From contig JBBSLF010000003.1 of NCBI GenBank assembly GCA_038255505.1, positions 1 to 55,367 on the forward strand: DNA of 55,367 nucleotides, written 5' to 3'. This DNA is from Candidatus Limnocylindria bacterium (GTDB lineage: Bacteria > Chloroflexota > Limnocylindria > QHBO01). The notes under the pieces are model-generated. The model was given only the letters and a program-made list of their open reading frames with translations, was not told the origin of the DNA and searched no databases. Numbering within the stretch: the stretch's first letter is position 1; every line of letters starts with the position of its first letter. Shown here piece after piece: positions 19,857-28,871 of the stretch. A program made the translations under genes and the position numbers.

Positions 19857-20213
19857 ATGCGCGGCGTCGGGCAGCTCGCCCTGCGTACAACCGATCCAAA
19901 CCGGGTCGCCGAGTTCTATCAGTCGGCATTCGGGTTTCGGCTCCTCGCTGGCGACCCCGATGGCGCGGACCTCGAGCTCGGCGGCTTCGAGCTGAGCTTC
20001 CGCCGCGGTGAAACGCCAACGCGCGATGGCATGCAGATCGGCTTCAAGGTGGATACGGCATCCGAGGTCGATGCGTGGGCGCAGGAACTGGGTCGACGCG
20101 GGTTCGCGCTCGTCGCGCCGCCGTCGGGCGACCGCTGGGAGGGTAGCCGCAGCTTTCGCATCGCGGATCCTGACGGACGGCAGGTCGCCGTCTTCTTCGA
20201 CTATCCGCGCTAG
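19857..20213 (+). CDS. VOC/glyoxalase family protein
   Basis: LALRTTD..FYQSAFGF..QIGFKV..SFRIADPDG; exact start (GTG 19848 or ATG 19857) uncertain. Confidence 0.8.
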   Translation: MRGVGQLALRTTDPNRVAEFYQSAFGFRLLAGDPDGADLELGGFELSFRRGETPTRDGMQIGFKVDTASEVDAWAQELGRRGFALVAPPSGDRWEGSRSFRIADPDGRQVAVFFDYPR

Positions 20214-20256
20214 ACGCCGCGACCGATAGCAAGCGTCGCCGATGGCCCTCGCGTCG

Positions 20257-20286
20257 TTGACCGTGGCCTCCGTATCGGTGTATCAT
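20257..20286 (+). promoter_or_regulatory. Sigma70-type promoter of infC-rpmI-rplT
   Basis: TTGACC-N18-TATCAT. Confidence 0.6.
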
Positions 20287-20309
20287 CCGTCGGCAATTCG
20301 CGTACGTTT

Positions 20310-20346
20310 GCAGGGCCACCCGTCCGTGATCGGAAGGTGGCCTTGT
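20310..20346 (+). promoter_or_regulatory. infC leader hairpin (candidate L20-responsive leader)
   Basis: GCAGGGCCACC/GGTGGCCTTGT stem directly upstream of the AAGGAG SD. Confidence 0.5.
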
Positions 20347-20365
20347 TGTTGAAGGAGAGCAGGAC

Positions 20366-21028
20366 CTGGCAAAGGACCTCCGCATCAATGAAATGATCCG
20401 CATCCGCGAGGTGAGGATCATCGATGATCAAGGTGAGCAGCTCGGCGTCATGCCGACCTTCGAGGCGCTCGCTCTGGCCCAGGAGAAGGGACTCGACCTC
20501 GTGGAGGTCGCGCCCACGGCGGTGCCGCCGGTGTGCCGCATCCTCGACTACGGGCAGTACAAGTACGAGCTCCAGAAGCGCGAACGAGAACAGAAGAAGA
20601 AGCAGAAGTCGCAGTCGTTCAAGGAAGTGCGCCTGGGCGTCAAGGTTGACGTCCATGACCTCCAGACCAAGGCGCGTCGAGCGGGCCAGTTCCTGGATCA
20701 CGGGGACCGGGTGAAGGTCACCGTTCGTTTCCGCGGGCGTGAGATCAGCCACTCGAACCTGGGACGCGACCTGCTCATGAAGACCGCAGAGCTCCTCGCA
20801 GAGCATGGCGTGATCGAGCGTCAACCGCTTCTCGAGGGCCGAAGCATGTACATCGTCATGGCACCGCTCGACAAGCGGACCGAGAAGAAGACCGATACCG
20901 AGGGCAACGCAACTGCGGAGCCCGCGGGAGAGACCATAGGCGACGCGGTCGCCGCCAGGCCAATTGCGGCAGCTGCTGCGAGACCGGCCGAGGCGACGAG
21001 CGAGACGCCGTCGCAGCAGGGATCCTAA
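20366..21028 (+). CDS. infC: Translation initiation factor IF-3 (CTG start)
   Basis: AAGGAG (20352-57), 8 nt, then CTG GCA AAG GAC CTC CGC ATC AAT GAA, giving AKDLRINEMIRIREVRIID; LDLVEVAP, DYGQYKY, FRGRE. Confidence 0.96.
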   Translation: MAKDLRINEMIRIREVRIIDDQGEQLGVMPTFEALALAQEKGLDLVEVAPTAVPPVCRILDYGQYKYELQKREREQKKKQKSQSFKEVRLGVKVDVHDLQTKARRAGQFLDHGDRVKVTVRFRGREISHSNLGRDLLMKTAELLAEHGVIERQPLLEGRSMYIVMAPLDKRTEKKTDTEGNATAEPAGETIGDAVAARPIAAAAARPAEATSETPSQQGS

Positions 21029-21030
21029 CC

Positions 21031-21240
21031 GTGCCGAAGATGAAAACCCACAAGGGGACGGCCAAGCGCTACCGAAAGACCGGGTCCGGAAAATGGGTCC
21101 GGGCCAAGGCGTGGCGAGGCCATCACCTCGAAATCAAGTCCAGCCGCCGTACGCGTCGCTACGCGGGCGTGGCTTCCGTTTCGGAGACCCACACCGCCAA
21201 GCTCGAGCGGCTGATGCCGTATTCGGCCAAGGGAAGCTGA
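21031..21240 (+). CDS. rpmI: 50S ribosomal protein L35
   Basis: PKMKTHKGTAKRYRKTGSGK. Confidence 0.96.
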   Translation: MPKMKTHKGTAKRYRKTGSGKWVRAKAWRGHHLEIKSSRRTRRYAGVASVSETHTAKLERLMPYSAKGS

Positions 21241-21243
21241 CCG

Positions 21244-21603
21244 ATGGCCAGAGTCAAGCGCGGGGTTCCCGCGCATCGCCGTCACAAGCGGCTGCTGAAC
21301 CAGGCGGAAGGCCGCCGAGGTACGCGTTCGAAGCTCATCCGTCCGGCGCGAGAAGCACTCATCCACGCCCTCGTGTACGCGTATCGGGATCGGCGCGACC
21401 GCAAACGCGACATGCGGCGCCTGTGGATCGAGCGGATCAATGCAGCATCGCGCCAGCGCGGCGTGCCGTACGGGCGCTTCATCGCCGGCCTCAAGGCCGC
21501 GGGTGTCGAAGTCGATCGGAAGATCCTGGCCGACATGGCCGTCCGTGAGCCCGCCGCGTTCACCGCCATGGTCGACGCCGCCAAGGCAACCTTTACCAGC
21601 TGA
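21244..21603 (+). CDS. rplT: 50S ribosomal protein L20
   Basis: [39 protein letters not shown]. Confidence 0.98.
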   Translation: MARVKRGVPAHRRHKRLLNQAEGRRGTRSKLIRPAREALIHALVYAYRDRRDRKRDMRRLWIERINAASRQRGVPYGRFIAGLKAAGVEVDRKILADMAVREPAAFTAMVDAAKATFTS

Positions 21604-21662
21604 TCGGCGTTTCGCAACGCCGGTCCCCACGGCCCTGTCCCGATTGCGGGACGGGGTCGTTC
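21602..21662 (+). terminator. Tandem hairpins after rplT (probable terminator or processing site)
   Basis: GATCGGCGTT/AACGCCGGTC and ACGGCCCTGTCCCG/CGGGACGGGGTCGT; weak U tract. Confidence 0.55.
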
Positions 21663-21689
21663 GCGTATGACTCATGATGAGCGCAGACC

Positions 21690-22772
21690 ATGACTGATCT
21701 ACGGACCGATCTCGACGATCTCCGGAGCACCGCGCGCGAGCGGCTGGCCGCCTCCACGACCGCCGAGGGCGTTGACGACCTTCGCCACGACCTCCTGGGT
21801 CGCACGGGCCGACTGACGATGCTCCTGCGGCAGCTGGGCTCGGTTCCTGTGGAGGTCCGGCCCGCGCTCGGGCAGTTGGCCAACGAGATCCGACGCGAGC
21901 TTGAGGCTGCGATCGAGAGCCGGCTCGATGATCTGCGCGCAGGCGACCTCGACGCTCGGCTGGCTGACGAGACGCTCGACATGAGCGCACCCGGGCGGCC
22001 GATGCGCATCGGTCATCTCCACCCCATCCTGACCACCATGCGCGACCTGCGCGAGATCTTCCACGCGTATGGATTCGAGGTGTTCGAGGGACCGGAGATC
22101 GAGACCGAGGAGTACAACTTCGAACTCCTCAATATCCCACCCGATCATCCGGCTCGCGACCTGTGGGACACGTTATTCGTGGCGGAGCCCGGAACCGCAG
22201 AATCCGGTCCGCCGCGCCCAGCCGCGGACGGGACCATCCTGCGCACACACACCTCGCCGGTGCAGGTGCGGGCCATGCGCGAGCTTCAGCCGCCGATCCG
22301 GGTCATCACTCCCGGACGCTGCTTCCGCTACGAGGCGGTGGATGCCAGTCACAGCTTCGAGTTCTTTCAGATCGAGGGCCTTGTGGTTGACCGCGACACG
22401 AGCCTGGCCGACCTGAAAGGCATGCTCGAGGAGATCGCTCGCGCCCTCTATGGCCGTGACGTCCGGACGCGCTTCCGTCCGGGGTATTACCCATTCACCG
22501 AGCCGAGCGTCGCCTTCGACATCGGCTGCCTGGTGTGCGGCGGCGAGGGTTGTCCGGCCTGCAAGCGATCGGGCTGGATGACGATCCTGGGTGCCGGCAT
22601 GGTGCATCCGACGGTGCTGCGCAACGGTGGCTTCGACCCCGACGAGTTCCAGGGCTACGCCTTTGGGATGGGCCCCGATCGGATGACGATGCTGCGGCAC
22701 GGCATCGGCGACATCCGCCTCTTCTTCAGCGCGGATCTGCGCTTTGTCACCCAGTTCGCGGAGGGCCGCTAG
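21690..22772 (+). CDS. pheS: Phenylalanine--tRNA ligase alpha subunit
   Basis: GHLHP, HPARDLWDT, LRTHTSPVQ, YPFTEPS, CxxC..CxxC, GAGMVHP, GYAFGMG. Confidence 0.98.
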   Translation: MTDLRTDLDDLRSTARERLAASTTAEGVDDLRHDLLGRTGRLTMLLRQLGSVPVEVRPALGQLANEIRRELEAAIESRLDDLRAGDLDARLADETLDMSAPGRPMRIGHLHPILTTMRDLREIFHAYGFEVFEGPEIETEEYNFELLNIPPDHPARDLWDTLFVAEPGTAESGPPRPAADGTILRTHTSPVQVRAMRELQPPIRVITPGRCFRYEAVDASHSFEFFQIEGLVVDRDTSLADLKGMLEEIARALYGRDVRTRFRPGYYPFTEPSVAFDIGCLVCGGEGCPACKRSGWMTILGAGMVHPTVLRNGGFDPDEFQGYAFGMGPDRMTMLRHGIGDIRLFFSADLRFVTQFAEGR

Positions 22773-25211
22773 ATGCGCGTCCCGCTCTCCTGGCTGCGCG
22801 AGTACGTCGATATCACGCTCACGCCCCGCGAGCTGGCGGACGCCTTGACCATGCGCGGCATGGAGGTCAGCGCCATCGAGATCGCGGGTGTTGACTGGAC
22901 CGATGTCGTGGTCGGGCGAGTGCTCGAGGTCCAGCGCCACCCGAATGCCGACACCCTGTGGTTGACGCGCGTTGATGCCGGCAACGGACCGGTCGAGATC
23001 GTGTGCGGCGCCCAGAACCTGGAGGTCGGCCAGCTCGTCCCCACCGCGCTGGTCGGTGCCGTCCTGCCGGGCGACCGACGGATCGAGCGCAGCAAGATTC
23101 GCGGCGTGGTGAGCAACGGCATGCTGTGCAGCGCCGTCGAGCTCGGTTTAGGGGCCGATGCCGACGGTATCCACATCCTCGGGCACGCCGAGGAGATCGC
23201 GCCGGGCACGCCGGTGGCTGAAGTCGTCGGCGAGATCGTTCTCGACGTGGACGTGAAGCCGAATCGCGGCGACGCTCTCTCAATGGTGGGCATGGCGCGC
23301 GAGATCGCGGCCCTGACCGGGGCGGAGCTGCGACTCCCATCGGTCTCGTTCGAAGAAACCGATGAACCCGCCGATGCGCACGTGGTCGTGCAGATCGATG
23401 AACCGGAGCTCAGTCCTCGCTTCACGGCACGCTGGTTCGACGGAGTTTCCAACGGGCCGTCACCGGATTGGATGCAGCGACGGCTGCACGCCGCCGGAAT
23501 TCGACCGATCAGCGCCGTCGTGGACGTGACCAACTACGTGATGCACGAGCTTGGTCAGCCGATGCACGCATATGATGCCGATACGATCCCGGACGGTGAG
23601 ATCGTCGTGCGCCGAGCGCGAGCGGGAGAGCGGCTGACCACTATCGACCACGTCGAGCGAACGCTTGATGAGCAGATGCTGGTGATCGCCGATCGCGAAG
23701 GGGCCATCGGGCTGGCCGGGATCATGGGCGGCGCCTCCACCGAGGTGACCGACACCACGCGGCGCGTGATCCTCGAGTCGGCCATCTTCCACGGCCCGAC
23801 CATTCGGAACACGGCGCGGCGCCTGGGACTGCGCTCCGAGGCAAGCATGCGACACGAGAAGGGGATGGGACCCAACCTGCCACGCCAGGCAGCTGATCGG
23901 GCCGCGCAGCTCATCGCCGAGACCACCGGAGCGAGCGTTGGACGCAACATCGTGGACAACGATCCGGAAGCCACCGGGCCGGCGAGCGTGGTGGTCGACC
24001 TGCCGCGCGTCAGTCGCCTGCTCGGCCTGCCGCTCGATCCGGGGACGGCACGCGAACTCCTCGAGCCGCTCGGCTTTCGCGTGCCGGGGAATGGGGAAGT
24101 CGTCGAGGTGGCCGTCCCATCGCATCGGCTCGACGTCACGGTGGAGGCAGACGTGGCGGAGGAGATCGCGCGCGCGTACGGGTACGATCGGATCCCCGGC
24201 CGCCTTCCCCAGGCTGCCCTGCCGCCGTATCGCACGGACCCGAGCGAACCGCGGCAGCGCGTGCGCCGCATCCTGGCCGGCATCGGGCTCGACGAGGTCG
24301 TGACCCATGCCCTCATCGGCGCGGATGATCTGTCGCGCACCGGTTACGACGCTGCCGGCGCGGATCTGGTGCGCCTGTTCAACCCGCTGAGCCAGGATCA
24401 CGAAATCCTGCGCCCGGTCCTGTACCCATCCCTGCTGGCGGCAGTTGCCGAGAACGTGCGGCAGAGAAGGCCCGACGCATGGCTGTTCGACCTCGGCAAG
24501 ATCTACTGGTATAACCCGGGCTCGCCGACGCCTCGAGACAGGCGCTCCGAGACCGCCGGCACGGGTCGCTATGAATCATGGGAGCTGGGGATCATCCTGG
24601 CTGGCGCCGGCAGCCCGGCCACGCCGGACCAGCCCGCTCGAGAGGCGGATGTGGCGACCATCAAGGGCGTGGTCGATGCCCTGCACGATGCGTTGGGCGC
24701 TCCGCGGCCGGCGTATCGGGCGGAAGAGTCCCAGGACCGACATCCGCACCGACATCCGGGCCGTACCGGCCTGATCTCCGATGCCGCCGGGCGAGCATAT
24801 GGATCGTTGGGTGAGGTGCACCCATGCATCGTCGAGGCGTGGGGCCTCGTTGGCCGGCCGGTCGATGCCGCACTCAGCGTCGATCGCCTGCTCGACCTGG
24901 TGCCGGGCACGCAACGCACCCGACCCATCCCGGCCGCCCAACCTATCGATCGTGACCTGGCGGTGGTGGTCGATGAAGCGACCTCGATCGGAGAGCTCCT
25001 GCGCGTCGCTCGTTCGAGCGCCGGACCTCTGCTCGACGAGGTTCGGCTGTTCGACATCTATCGCGGGGAGCAGATCGGAGCCGGGCGCGTGAGCTACGCC
25101 CTCGCATTCCGCTTCCAGCCGGTGGCGACCGGGGACGAGAAGGCGGCGGATAAGGCGCTGAACAAGATTCGCGGCTCGCTCCGCCACCACCTGGGGGCGG
25201 AGATCCGATAG
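22773..25211 (+). CDS. pheT: Phenylalanine--tRNA ligase beta subunit
   Basis: MRVPLSWLREY, HPNADTL, IVCGA, PNRGD, VDVTNYVM, EEIARAYGY, C-terminal FDX-ACB domain. Confidence 0.97.
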   Translation: MRVPLSWLREYVDITLTPRELADALTMRGMEVSAIEIAGVDWTDVVVGRVLEVQRHPNADTLWLTRVDAGNGPVEIVCGAQNLEVGQLVPTALVGAVLPGDRRIERSKIRGVVSNGMLCSAVELGLGADADGIHILGHAEEIAPGTPVAEVVGEIVLDVDVKPNRGDALSMVGMAREIAALTGAELRLPSVSFEETDEPADAHVVVQIDEPELSPRFTARWFDGVSNGPSPDWMQRRLHAAGIRPISAVVDVTNYVMHELGQPMHAYDADTIPDGEIVVRRARAGERLTTIDHVERTLDEQMLVIADREGAIGLAGIMGGASTEVTDTTRRVILESAIFHGPTIRNTARRLGLRSEASMRHEKGMGPNLPRQAADRAAQLIAETTGASVGRNIVDNDPEATGPASVVVDLPRVSRLLGLPLDPGTARELLEPLGFRVPGNGEVVEVAVPSHRLDVTVEADVAEEIARAYGYDRIPGRLPQAALPPYRTDPSEPRQRVRRILAGIGLDEVVTHALIGADDLSRTGYDAAGADLVRLFNPLSQDHEILRPVLYPSLLAAVAENVRQRRPDAWLFDLGKIYWYNPGSPTPRDRRSETAGTGRYESWELGIILAGAGSPATPDQPAREADVATIKGVVDALHDALGAPRPAYRAEESQDRHPHRHPGRTGLISDAAGRAYGSLGEVHPCIVEAWGLVGRPVDAALSVDRLLDLVPGTQRTRPIPAAQPIDRDLAVVVDEATSIGELLRVARSSAGPLLDEVRLFDIYRGEQIGAGRVSYALAFRFQPVATGDEKAADKALNKIRGSLRHHLGAEIR

Positions 25212-25319
25212 GAGCATCGGTATCTTGTCGCCCGTGGTGGCAGGCTGGTACCCTTGCGGCCGCCCGAGCCGCATTTCCGCGTTCGGTGCCTTCAGGAACA
25301 CCGTGAGGAGTCTGACCGC

Positions 25320-25871
25320 GTGGAGGTGCTCGCACAGCTGAGCTGGATAGACCTGGTGATCATCGGCCTTCTTGCCGTCGGCGTCTTCGTTGGTTTCACC
25401 CAGGGCATGATTCGCTACGTGCTCAACACGCTCGCTGTCATCGTGGCGTTCGTGCTCGCCGCCCAGCTCAAGGGTCCCCTCATCGACCTCCTTGGCTTCT
25501 GGACGGCGTTCACACCAGAGGGACGTGAGCTGCTCGTGTTCGTGCTCCTCTTCTTCGGCTTGGTCATCGGGGGATGGTTCGTGATTCGAGCGGTCTATCG
25601 CCGCACTCGACTGCCGATCGTGAAGCAGCTCGACGAGCTCGGTGGCGCGATCTTCGGGCTTCTCTTTGCCGCGTTGGTGCTGACCTTCCACCTCGTGGTG
25701 TACGACAGCTTTTTCCGGGGTGGCGGCGAGACCGGAGGCTGGGTCGCGAGCTACTATGAGCTCCTCAACGACTCGCTCATCATCGCCTTCTTCCGCGAGA
25801 CGATCATTCCGGTCGCCGGCACCCTGGCGCGACCGTTCGTCCCGGACGAGATCGCTCAGCTTCTCCAGTGA
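25320..25871 (+). CDS. CvpA (colicin V production) family membrane protein
   Basis: WIDLVII..GFTQGMIR..LDELGGAIFG; AGGAG SD before GTG 25320; conserved position between pheT and mutS2. Confidence 0.85.
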   Translation: MEVLAQLSWIDLVIIGLLAVGVFVGFTQGMIRYVLNTLAVIVAFVLAAQLKGPLIDLLGFWTAFTPEGRELLVFVLLFFGLVIGGWFVIRAVYRRTRLPIVKQLDELGGAIFGLLFAALVLTFHLVVYDSFFRGGGETGGWVASYYELLNDSLIIAFFRETIIPVAGTLARPFVPDEIAQLLQ

Positions 25872-26479
25872 TCGGACCGTCGGTCGACGCGCCGGCTGCG
25901 CTCGATCGTCACTGGTTCGACAGACCGGCGGCCGAGCTGGCGCGTGAACTGCTGGGCGCTCGGCTGGTCCACGGGTCCTCGGATGGAGTGGTCGGTGGTC
26001 GGATCGTCGAGGTGGAGGCCTACCGCGGCCCTGAGGATCGAGCGGCGCATTCGTCACGCGGCCGCACGCCGCGCAACGCCGTGATGTTCGGCGAGCCTGG
26101 ACACCTGTACGTCTACCTCATCTATGGCCTGCACCACTGCCTCAACGTCGTCGCCGGCCCCGGCTCAAAGCCCGAGGCGGTGCTCATCCGTGCCATCGAG
26201 CTTGACGAGGGTCTCGCGCTGGCTCGCGAGCGGCGCGGTCCACGTGCCCTCGACCACCGCCTGGCCTCCGGTCCGGGCAACGTCGCGCGAGCGCTTGGCG
26301 TCGATCGCTCCTTGGATGGGGTGGACCTGCTGACTGGCCCCGTCCGAGTGGAGGCTCGCAACGGAACCATGCCGCGTGCACGCCGCGGACCGCGCATAGG
26401 CGTGGAATACGCGGGCGCCTGGGCCACACGCCCCCTGCGCTTCTGGATCGCCGATGACCGCCACGTCTCCCGACGCTGA
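25868..26479 (+). CDS. mpg: 3-methyladenine DNA glycosylase (AAG/Mpg family)
   Basis: GRIVEVEAY, DRAAHS, YVYLIYGLHHCLN, AVLIRA, GPG, PRIGV. Confidence 0.94.
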   Translation: MIGPSVDAPAALDRHWFDRPAAELARELLGARLVHGSSDGVVGGRIVEVEAYRGPEDRAAHSSRGRTPRNAVMFGEPGHLYVYLIYGLHHCLNVVAGPGSKPEAVLIRAIELDEGLALARERRGPRALDHRLASGPGNVARALGVDRSLDGVDLLTGPVRVEARNGTMPRARRGPRIGVEYAGAWATRPLRFWIADDRHVSRR

Positions 26480-28871
26480 GCTCACTTCCGGTGCCGCTGC
26501 TGATGGCGCCACGCTGCGCGCACTGGAGTTCGCTGCCATCGTCGACCAGCTCGCCGCGCTGACGAGCTTCGAACCGTCCCGCGAGCTCGCCGTCGCCAGT
26601 GTCCCGGTTGCCGATGCGGCCCACGTACGACTGCTCCAGGACCAGACCGACGAGGCGTCGCGACTGCTGGGCGAGCAGGCGCAGGCCACCATCGGTGCCG
26701 CTCGTGACATCCGCGCGGCGCTTGATCGCGCCGCGCGCGGCGGCAGGCTCACGCCGCAGGAGCTGCTCGAAATCGGGATCACGCTTGATGCCACCGAGCG
26801 ATTCGCCGCGCGATTGAAAACATGGCGATCGCCCCTGTTCGCAGGCCTCCGCGACGAGCTGGATGCGGCGCCCACGCTGGCCGAGCGGTTGAATCGCAGC
26901 ATCGACGATGGGGGAGAGCTGCTCGACAGCGCCTCGTCCCAGCTGGGAGCCATCCGCAAGCGACTGCGCACCGCGCAGGATCGGGTTCGAGAACGCCTGA
27001 ACACCATGCTGCGCTCGTCGCAGATGGCCGGCATCATCGGCGATCCCATCGTCACCGTTCGGGCTGGCCGCTATGTCATCCCGATCCGCGCTGAGGCAAA
27101 GGGACGCGTCAAGGGCATCGTGCACGATCAGAGCGCCTCGGGGGCCACGCTCTTCATCGAACCGCTGACGGTGGTGGACCTCAACAACACCTGGATCGAG
27201 GCAACCCTGGCGGAGGAACTCGAGACGGAGCGCATCCTCGACGAGCTCTCCAGGCTGGTGGAGGCCGGCGCCGAATCCCTGCGCGCCAGCCTGGCGGCCA
27301 TGGCCAGGGCGGATCTGTGGCTGGCACGCGCGCGACTTGGCGATGGCATGGACGGCGTTCGGCCGGCCATCAGCGGCGACGCGGCCGAGCTCCTGTCGGC
27401 GCGCCATCCACTCCTGGGCACCGGAGCGGTGCCGATTGACCTGCGCGTCGGCGACCGGTTCGGCTACCGCGCGTTGGTCGTGACCGGACCGAACACCGGC
27501 GGCAAGACGGTCTCGCTCAAGTCGTTGGGCCTGCTGGCGCTGATGCACCAGGCCGGCCTTCGCGTTCCCGCCGCGGAAGGCGCGCGACTGCCGGTCTTCC
27601 GGCGCGTCATGGCCGACATCGGCGATGAGCAGAGCATCGCGCAGTCCCTGTCCACCTTCTCGAGCCACCTGCGCAACGTCGTGAGATTTGTGGCGGCCGC
27701 CGGTCCAGGCACGCTGGTCCTGCTCGATGAGGTCGGCGCCGGAACAGATCCGGCGGAGGGATCGGCGCTGGCCATGGCGGTCGTGGCGCGATTGCTCGAT
27801 GCCGGCGCCATGGTGGCAGCCACCACCCACTATGCCGAGCTCAAGACATTCGCCACCGAACATTCGGGCGTGACCAATGCGGCCGTCGAGTTTGACGTCG
27901 CGACGCTCCGCCCTACGTATCGCCTGACCATCGGGCTGCCGGGCAAGAGCCAGGCGTTTGCCATCGCCGAGCGCCTGGGCTTGCCCAGCGAGATCCTGGC
28001 CGATGCGCGTGCCCGCATCTCGGTCGAGCACGCCAGCATGGAGGAGACGCTCACCTCAATCGCACAGGCGCAGGAAGCCCAGGCCGCGGCACTGCGCGAC
28101 GCGACATCGGAGCGGGCGCAGGCGGTCAGCGAGCGCGAACGCGCGAGCGGCGGTGTCGCCCGCGCCCGGGCAGAGGCGGGCCAGATCCTGGCCGACGCCC
28201 GCAGCCTGGCCGACAACCTTATCGCGCGCGCCGAGCGCGAGGTCGCCGACATTCGGCGAGAGCTCACGCGCCAGCGCAACCTCGGGAACACGCGGTCTCA
28301 GGCAAATACCGATGCGTTCGAGGAGCTCAGCCGGCGAGCGGCGCAGGTCCGCGACGAGGTTCCCAGCCCGCCGGCGTCTGCGGCCGAAGTCGACGCATCA
28401 CCACCCGGGACGCTTCAGCCGAGGGTCGGGCTGTGGGGACGCTCAAGAACACTGGGCAGCACCGGACGCATCGTGGAGATCAGCGGGCGAACGGGCCGGG
28501 TGACAATGGAAACCGAGGGTGCGCGCCTGGTGATCCCCTTCGACGACGTGGAGGTCGTCACCGAGCCGGTCAGCGGCCCGGCACCCCGTGATATCGAGGC
28601 AGACGAGATGCGCCGCCGCGCGGCGGCCAACATCTCGCCGACGATCGACCTGCATGGCGAGCGGGTCGACGCAGCGCTGGAGCGGGTGAGCGAGTATCTC
28701 GACGAGGCGCTTCTGGCGGGGCTGGACGAGGTGGTCATCGTGCACGGCATCGGCACCGGCGCACTGCGACGTGCGGTCCGAGAGACGCTTGCGCAACATC
28801 CCCGCGTTCGCGGTGTGCGTGGCGGGCGCAAGGATGAGGGTGGCGACGGGGCCACGGTCGCCGAGCTCTAA
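26454..28871 (+). CDS. mutS2: Endonuclease MutS2
   Basis: [43 protein letters not shown]-terminal Smr domain (DLHG..VHGIGTG). Confidence 0.96.
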   Translation: MTATSPDAELTSGAAADGATLRALEFAAIVDQLAALTSFEPSRELAVASVPVADAAHVRLLQDQTDEASRLLGEQAQATIGAARDIRAALDRAARGGRLTPQELLEIGITLDATERFAARLKTWRSPLFAGLRDELDAAPTLAERLNRSIDDGGELLDSASSQLGAIRKRLRTAQDRVRERLNTMLRSSQMAGIIGDPIVTVRAGRYVIPIRAEAKGRVKGIVHDQSASGATLFIEPLTVVDLNNTWIEATLAEELETERILDELSRLVEAGAESLRASLAAMARADLWLARARLGDGMDGVRPAISGDAAELLSARHPLLGTGAVPIDLRVGDRFGYRALVVTGPNTGGKTVSLKSLGLLALMHQAGLRVPAAEGARLPVFRRVMADIGDEQSIAQSLSTFSSHLRNVVRFVAAAGPGTLVLLDEVGAGTDPAEGSALAMAVVARLLDAGAMVAATTHYAELKTFATEHSGVTNAAVEFDVATLRPTYRLTIGLPGKSQAFAIAERLGLPSEILADARARISVEHASMEETLTSIAQAQEAQAAALRDATSERAQAVSERERASGGVARARAEAGQILADARSLADNLIARAEREVADIRRELTRQRNLGNTRSQANTDAFEELSRRAAQVRDEVPSPPASAAEVDASPPGTLQPRVGLWGRSRTLGSTGRIVEISGRTGRVTMETEGARLVIPFDDVEVVTEPVSGPAPRDIEADEMRRRAAANISPTIDLHGERVDAALERVSEYLDEALLAGLDEVVIVHGIGTGALRRAVRETLAQHPRVRGVRGGRKDEGGDGATVAEL

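Noticed and set aside
21604-21689. T-box upstream of pheS (also checked thrS and tyrS)
   Set aside because: Gaps are too short and lack the T-box TGGNACC antiterminator motif; thrS and tyrS look leaderless.
24576-28031. 493-aa and 615-aa minus-strand ORFs
   Set aside because: Antisense to well-supported pheT, cvpA, mpg and mutS2.
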